Source: Methanomassiliicoccaceae archaeon (GTDB lineage: Archaea > Thermoplasmatota > Thermoplasmata > Methanomassiliicoccales > Methanomassiliicoccaceae). From it: a stretch of 64,000 bases of DNA. The stretch lies in contig JAXGZN010000001.1 of NCBI GenBank assembly GCA_040776945.1, positions 608,001 through 672,000 of the forward strand, in the 5' to 3' direction. Under the pieces are notes generated by a model that had not been told where the DNA came from, did no database searches, and saw only the letters and a list, made by a program, of their open reading frames with translations. Every line of letters starts with the position of its first letter. Positions within the stretch are counted from its first letter, which is position 1. Below are positions 59,229-64,000 of this stretch, in pieces. The translations under genes and the position numbers were made by a program.

Positions 59229-60113
59229 TTGATTGACATGAAGGAAGATCAACAGGCCGTAGCCGCCTCCGCGGGAGGCAGCGGCATGCTCTCATTCGTA
59301 GGAAAGGGCGGGGAGGCCAAGGTGCCCGCCTCTGGCTCGACCAGCTGGAGCTTTCAGCTCAAGAGCAAGGAGCCCGCCAAGAAGAAGGTCCGCATGAAGG
59401 TGTCCATAGTCCTTACCCCGGCGGACGCGGCGGAGTGGGCGGTCCGCCTCTACGACGCCACCGGAAGCTCGCTCTTCGATACTCACAGCTCGCAGTCGCA
59501 TCCGGAGTTCGACTTCTTCCTGGAAGGCGCCAAGCCCAAGGAGCTGAGGCTGGAGGCCCATGCCCCGGTCGGCTCCGCCTACCAGGACAAGATCGATGTA
59601 GTGCTGGAGGCCTGCCTGGTGGAGTCGCCGTCGGAGTGCGACCGGCTGGAGTTCCTCGCCGAGGCCAGGCAGTCCATCCTCGCGCTCAAGACCTCCATAG
59701 GTCACGAGAGGGACGTCGCCGACGGCATAAGCGCGCGGGCCAAGTCCGGCCGGTCGGACATCTCCGCCATTCTCGCTCCTACCAACCTGCGAGGGTACGT
59801 GCTCATCGAAGGCATGAACACCGACCGCATGAGGGACGCGGTGAAGGGCGTGCGCAAGGCGCACAGCTTCGTCGACGGGGAGATGAACTTCAACGAGATC
59901 GACCACTACCTCGCGCCCAAGCCCCTGGTCTCCGGCATCACCGAGGGCGACGTGGTCGAGCTGGTGGCCGGGCCGTTCAAGGGCGAGAAAGCCAGGGTTC
60001 AGAACATCGACGAGGCCAAGGAGGAGATCACCGTGGAGCTGTTCGAGGCGATGGTCCCCATCCCGGTCACGGTCCGCGGAGACCATGTCAGGGTTCTAGA
60101 GAAAGACAGGTGA
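59229..60113 (+). CDS. spt5: transcription elongation factor Spt5 with N-terminal extra domain
   Basis: LKTSIGHE, LRGYVLIE, KOW motif GDVVELVAGPFKGEKARV, VELFEAMVPIPVTV. Confidence 0.94.
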   Translation: MIDMKEDQQAVAASAGGSGMLSFVGKGGEAKVPASGSTSWSFQLKSKEPAKKKVRMKVSIVLTPADAAEWAVRLYDATGSSLFDTHSSQSHPEFDFFLEGAKPKELRLEAHAPVGSAYQDKIDVVLEACLVESPSECDRLEFLAEARQSILALKTSIGHERDVADGISARAKSGRSDISAILAPTNLRGYVLIEGMNTDRMRDAVKGVRKAHSFVDGEMNFNEIDHYLAPKPLVSGITEGDVVELVAGPFKGEKARVQNIDEAKEEITVELFEAMVPIPVTVRGDHVRVLEKDR

Positions 60114-60119
60114 AGCTAT

Positions 60120-60599
60120 ATGGCAGATACAGTGGAAGTGCTAGTTGAAGGCGGCCGGGCTACCCCCGGCCAGCCGCTGGGCCCGGCCCTCGGCCCCCTG
60201 GGGGTCAATATCCCCAAGATCGTCGCCGAGATCAACAACAAGACCCGGGCGTTCGACGGGATGAAGGTCCCGGTCAAGATCATCATCGATTCCAAGACCA
60301 AGGACTTCGAGATCAAGGTCGGCACCCCGCCCACCGCTTCGCTCATCACCAAGGAGCTGGGAGTGGAGAAGGGCAGCGGGTCACCCAAGACGAGCAAGAT
60401 CGGCAACCTGAGCATCGCCCAGGCCATCAAGATCGCCGAGATGAAGGGCGACTCCTTGATGGGCAAGGACCTCAAGATGCGCGTACTGGAGGTCGTCGGC
60501 ACCTGCACCTCGATTGGCGTTACCATCGAGGGGATGGAGCCGAAGACGGCCCGCAACGAGATACTGGCCGGCAAGTTCGACCAGCAGCTCGTCCAGTGA
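60120..60599 (+). CDS. rpl11: 50S ribosomal protein L11
   Basis: GGRATPGQPLGPALGPLGVN, VGTPPT, GTCTSIGVTIEG. Confidence 0.97.
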   Translation: MADTVEVLVEGGRATPGQPLGPALGPLGVNIPKIVAEINNKTRAFDGMKVPVKIIIDSKTKDFEIKVGTPPTASLITKELGVEKGSGSPKTSKIGNLSIAQAIKIAEMKGDSLMGKDLKMRVLEVVGTCTSIGVTIEGMEPKTARNEILAGKFDQQLVQ

Positions 60600-60658
60600 A
60601 CGGGGCCCTGCCCCCATCCAAAACATTTTTAAGCATCTCCCTATTAAGGGAACCCGCA

Positions 60659-60698
60659 CTGTAGGAGAGCTTCATTGCTCAATTGCACTACAGGAGGT
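60659..60698 (+). promoter_or_regulatory. candidate L1-binding autoregulatory leader
   Basis: CTGTAG-GA-GAGC-ttcatt-GCTC-AATTGCA-CTACAG abutting SD GGAGGT; TATA-like TTTTTAAG at 60626. Confidence 0.6.
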
Positions 60699-60705
60699 AT
60701 CTTAT

Positions 60706-61344
60706 TTGGTAGAGAAAACAACCCTAGCGGCCGTCAAGAAGGCCCTTGAGTCCTCCCCCAAGAGGAACTTCAAGGAGTCTGTTGACCTGGCCATAAACCT
60801 CAGGGATGTGGACCTGTCCGTTCCCAAGAACAGGATACAGGAAGACGTTGTTCTGCCACATGGAAGGGGTAAGGCGCTCAGGGTCTGCGTAATCGGTGGC
60901 GCCGAGCTTGCCGCGAAGGCAAGGGACGTCGCCGACATGGTGATCACTCCCGATGAACTGGGAAAGATAGCCGATGACAAGAAGCAGGCCAAGAAGGTCG
61001 CCTCTCAGGTCGATTATTTCATCGCCGAGGCCCCCTTGATGCCCCAGATCGGTAAGCGTTTGGGTATCGTCCTCGCGCCGAGAGGAAAGATGCCCAAGCC
61101 CATACCGCCAGGGGCAGACCCCGCGCCCCTGATCGACAACCTGCGAAAGTCCGTATCGGTCCGCACCAAGGACCGCAAGACCTTCCAGGCTCCGGTCGGG
61201 ACGGTGGACATGACCCCCGAGCAGATTGCAGAGAACGTCGACGCCGTCCTAAAGAGGGTGATCGGCAAGCTAGAGAAAGGCAAGATGAATATCGACTCGG
61301 CCTATGTCAAGACGACCATGGGTCCGTCGGAGAGACTGATCTAG
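60706..61344 (+). CDS. rpl1: 50S ribosomal protein L1
   Basis: KRNFKESVDLAINL, LPHGRG, LAPRGKMPKP, YVKTTMGP; TTG start at 60706 after the SD. Confidence 0.97.
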   Translation: MVEKTTLAAVKKALESSPKRNFKESVDLAINLRDVDLSVPKNRIQEDVVLPHGRGKALRVCVIGGAELAAKARDVADMVITPDELGKIADDKKQAKKVASQVDYFIAEAPLMPQIGKRLGIVLAPRGKMPKPIPPGADPAPLIDNLRKSVSVRTKDRKTFQAPVGTVDMTPEQIAENVDAVLKRVIGKLEKGKMNIDSAYVKTTMGPSERLI

Positions 61345-61355
61345 GAGGCATCAAG

Positions 61356-62348
61356 ATGGCACATGTAGCATCTTGGAAGAAAGCGAAGGTCAAGGAGCTC
61401 GCCGATGTCATGGTGAAGAACCCTGTCGTCGCCATCGTCGATATCCACGGGATCCCCTCCCCGCAGATGCAGGACATGCGTCACGGGCTGAGGAAGCACG
61501 CCGCCGTCATGATGACCAGGAACAACCTGCTGCTCATCGCCATCGACGAAGCGGCCAAGGAGAGGCCCGGACTGGAGAAGCTGAAGCCGCTGGTTGCGGG
61601 GCAGTGCGCCATTGTCGCCACCCCCATGAACCCCTTCAAGCTGTACCAGCAGATGGAGGCCACCAAGTCCAAGGCCCCCGCCAAGCCGGGCGACATCGCT
61701 CCCGAGGACATCGTCGTGAAGGAGGGCGAAACGCCCTTCAAGCCCGGCCCCATCGTGGGCGAGCTGCAGAAGGCCGGTATCCCCGCTGCCATCGAGGGCG
61801 GCAAGATCGTCATCCGCAAGGAGAAGCTCCTGGTCGAGAAGGGGCACAAGGTGCCCGAAGAGCTCGCCAAGATACTCCCCAAGCTGGAGATCCTGCCCAT
61901 GATCGTCGGGATGGACCTCAGGGGCGCGTTCGAGGACGGCATCCTCTACGAGAAGGCCGTGCTTAACGTTCCCGCGGGCTACTACCCGACCATGCTGGCC
62001 ACCGCGGCCAGGAACGCAACCGCCCTAGGTGTGAGCATCGTTTACCCGACCAAGCAGACCATCGGTCCGCTCATGGGCAAGGCCTACCGCGAGGCATCCG
62101 CGCTCGGGGTCAAGGCCGCCATTCCCACCAAGGACACCATCGGTCCACTCCTGGCGAAGGCAAGGGCAGAGATGCTTGCCATCGCCTCCCGCGTGCCGGG
62201 GCTGGAGGATGACCGTATAAAGCAGCAGCTCACCGTGGCCGCTGCGCCTGCGCCTCAGGAGAAGAAGGCAGAGACGAAGGAAGAAGAGAAGAAGCCCGAG
62301 GTCACTGAAGAGGAAGCAGCAGCAGGCCTTAGCTCTCTGTTCGATTGA
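61356..62348 (+). CDS. rpl10: 50S ribosomal protein L10 (P0)
   Basis: [38 protein letters not shown]. Confidence 0.97.
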   Translation: MAHVASWKKAKVKELADVMVKNPVVAIVDIHGIPSPQMQDMRHGLRKHAAVMMTRNNLLLIAIDEAAKERPGLEKLKPLVAGQCAIVATPMNPFKLYQQMEATKSKAPAKPGDIAPEDIVVKEGETPFKPGPIVGELQKAGIPAAIEGGKIVIRKEKLLVEKGHKVPEELAKILPKLEILPMIVGMDLRGAFEDGILYEKAVLNVPAGYYPTMLATAARNATALGVSIVYPTKQTIGPLMGKAYREASALGVKAAIPTKDTIGPLLAKARAEMLAIASRVPGLEDDRIKQQLTVAAAPAPQEKKAETKEEEKKPEVTEEEAAAGLSSLFD

Positions 62349-62369
62349 AAAAACATTGGAGGAATAGAA

Positions 62370-62678
62370 ATGGAGTACATATACAGCGCTTTGGTCCTTC
62401 ACGCCGCTGGAAAGACCGTAGACGAGGATGCGATCGCGAACGTCCTGAAGAGCGCCGGCGTTGAGCCGGACGCCGCCAGGGTAAAGGCCCTCACCGCCTC
62501 CCTGGAAGGTGTCAACATCGACGAGGCCATCGCCTCCGCCGCCGTTGCCGCCGCTCCCGCCGCCGCGGCCCCCGCCGCTGCCCCGGCCGAGAAGAAGGCA
62601 GAGAAGAAGGAAGAAGAGAAGAAGCCCGAGGTCAGCGAGGAAGAGGCTGCCGCGGGCCTGTCCGCCCTGTTCGGCTGA
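62370..62678 (+). CDS. rpl12: 50S ribosomal protein L12 (P1)
   Basis: [11 protein letters not shown], Ala-rich hinge, [13 protein letters not shown]. Confidence 0.97.
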   Translation: MEYIYSALVLHAAGKTVDEDAIANVLKSAGVEPDAARVKALTASLEGVNIDEAIASAAVAAAPAAAAPAAAPAEKKAEKKEEEKKPEVSEEEAAAGLSALFG

Positions 62679-62690
62679 ACGAGTGGCTTC

Positions 62691-62752
62691 GGAGGGCTCG
62701 CCCTCCTTCCTTCGAACGGGCCTCGGCCCCCCTTCCAACCCTTTTCCCTTTT
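62691..62752 (+). terminator. possible terminator after rpl12
   Basis: GGAGGG-ctcg-CCCTCC hairpin and pyrimidine tract cttttccctttt. Confidence 0.4.
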
Positions 62753-63098
62753 ATTCCAATCTGCTGACGACCTGTCCCATCTCCCTCTCCAGAAGGGATG
62801 CGATGTCGCGGTCCATGCGCTTCTTGAGGTCCGGGGGCACCATGGCGATGCCCAGGTTGACGCCGCACTTACCGAGCTTCACCAGCGCGTACGCCTCGCG
62901 GGCCTTGGCGTCCATCAGCTCGGCGACCGCGGTCCGCACGTCGCTCTTAAGCTTGGGGTCCTCGTCCAGTTTCTTTCGGATGTATCGCTTGATCTCATCC
63001 TTGATCAGGTCCCTGGCCGCCTCCACTACCAGATCCTCGACCTTGACCGCTCCCAGAGGGTCCTTGATGATGGAATTTAGACCATCCTCGCCGTTCAT
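62751..63098 (-). CDS. helical hypothetical protein
   Basis: Host-like codon use, amphipathic helical pattern; start trimmed to ATG 63098. Confidence 0.7.
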   Translation of the reverse strand: MNGEDGLNSIIKDPLGAVKVEDLVVEAARDLIKDEIKRYIRKKLDEDPKLKSDVRTAVAELMDAKAREAYALVKLGKCGVNLGIAMVPPDLKKRMDRDIASLLEREMGQVVSRLE

Positions 63099-63177
63099 GA
63101 TGGTAAAGGTGAGCCCCGGCCCTATGAACTGTTCCCCATAGATTATATGTGGGCATGGGAATCCTTTGGAGACTTGC

Positions 63178-64000
63178 ATGCGTCTGTCGGACTACTATCG
63201 CTTGGCGGTGGAGGAGGCCAAGAAGGCCGACCCCCGGAGGGGGGCGGAGCTGGATTCGTTGCTGGCAAGAGCCAGGAAAAGGTACGATGGTCTCGATGCC
63301 AGGGGCCGCGATCTCTTCGACACGGACTCGCTATGGAACCCCTACGCCGACAGCCGCGTCCTTTACGATGACGGACGCGAGATAGGGTCGGTCATTTGGG
63401 GCATCGATATCACGCCGGCAGAGGCGATGCTCGCCGATCGGCTGCGGGAGAGGGGGAACAGCATCGACGCGATCATAGGCCATCACCCTCGGGGGCGTGC
63501 GCAGGCCGCGGCGTACAAGGTCGTCCCCATCCAGGAATCGATGATGTGCTCATGGGGCGTGCCCATCACCGCGGCGGAGTGCATAGTCTCTTCCCGTGCG
63601 CACGAGGTGATGTGCGCGACGCATGCCATAAACCACGCCCAGACAGTGGATGCCTGCCGTTTGCTCGACCTGCCGTTCATGTGCCTGCACCAGCCCTGCG
63701 ACCTCCTGGGACAGGAGTTCATGCAGCGGCTGATGGACGAGCGCGCCCCGGACCGCCTGGACGACCTGTTGGACGTCCTTCAGGAGGTGCCGGAGTACGA
63801 GCATGCCGTCCGCGAGTGCAACCCCCCTGAGGTATTCGCTGGCGCCCGTGACCGGCGCGCCGGCAGGATCGCGGTGAAGTTCGCTGGTGGGACCTCGGCT
63901 CCGAAGGGAATGTACGAGCAGTTGGGGCGGTCGGGAGTCGGCACCGTCATGTGCATGCACGTGCCGGAGAGCCACGTCGAGGAGGCGAGGAAGCACCACG
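63178..64000 (+). CDS. NIF3-like (NGG1p-interacting factor) protein, partial; absent from the ORF track
   Basis: MRLSDYYRLAV...ADPR...LWNPYADSR...GIDI...IGHHP.G...MCLHQPCD...CMH; open to the window end. Confidence 0.8.
   Translation, partial: MRLSDYYRLAVEEAKKADPRRGAELDSLLARARKRYDGLDARGRDLFDTDSLWNPYADSRVLYDDGREIGSVIWGIDITPAEAMLADRLRERGNSIDAIIGHHPRGRAQAAAYKVVPIQESMMCSWGVPITAAECIVSSRAHEVMCATHAINHAQTVDACRLLDLPFMCLHQPCDLLGQEFMQRLMDERAPDRLDDLLDVLQEVPEYEHAVRECNPPEVFAGARDRRAGRIAVKFAGGTSAPKGMYEQLGRSGVGTVMCMHVPESHVEEARKHH

Noticed and set aside
62260-62678. Near-identical 3' ends of rpl10 and rpl12
   Set aside because: Known shared C-terminal motif of archaeal stalk proteins
1-64000. CRISPR array, rRNA, integrase or pyrrolysine (amber) read-through genes
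   Set aside because: No spaced repeats, rRNA or recombinase seen; the TAG codons I checked fall at expected protein ends

Overview
GC-rich archaeal chromosome segment, most consistent with Thermoplasmatota, probably Methanomassiliicoccales (inferred from gene content). The backbone is housekeeping: gatDE, hypB, purD, a giant aglB, pyrF, rpoH-B-A'-A''-rpl30e-nusA, aEF-1beta, priL, truA/trmJ, cdrS-ftsZ2, tbp, tandem ftsZ1 copies and secE-spt5-rpl11-rpl1-rpl10-rpl12. Two IS-rich islands (~5.3-12.8 kb and ~41.1-47.0 kb) interrupt it. Each carries part of an Rhs polymorphic-toxin system: near-identical cores (97/110 aa by hand count) with unrelated AT-rich tips, one followed by a pentapeptide-repeat candidate immunity gene. 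Also seen: a tRNA-Lys(UUU) split by two non-canonical BHB-type introns (D-loop and T-loop), extra domains on Spt5, RpoA'' and RpoB, a tandem-RHH CdrS, an L1-leader-like hairpin, a probable CTG start and a chimeric gene at an island edge. All calls come from motif recognition by eye; no searches were run, so novelty is unverified.
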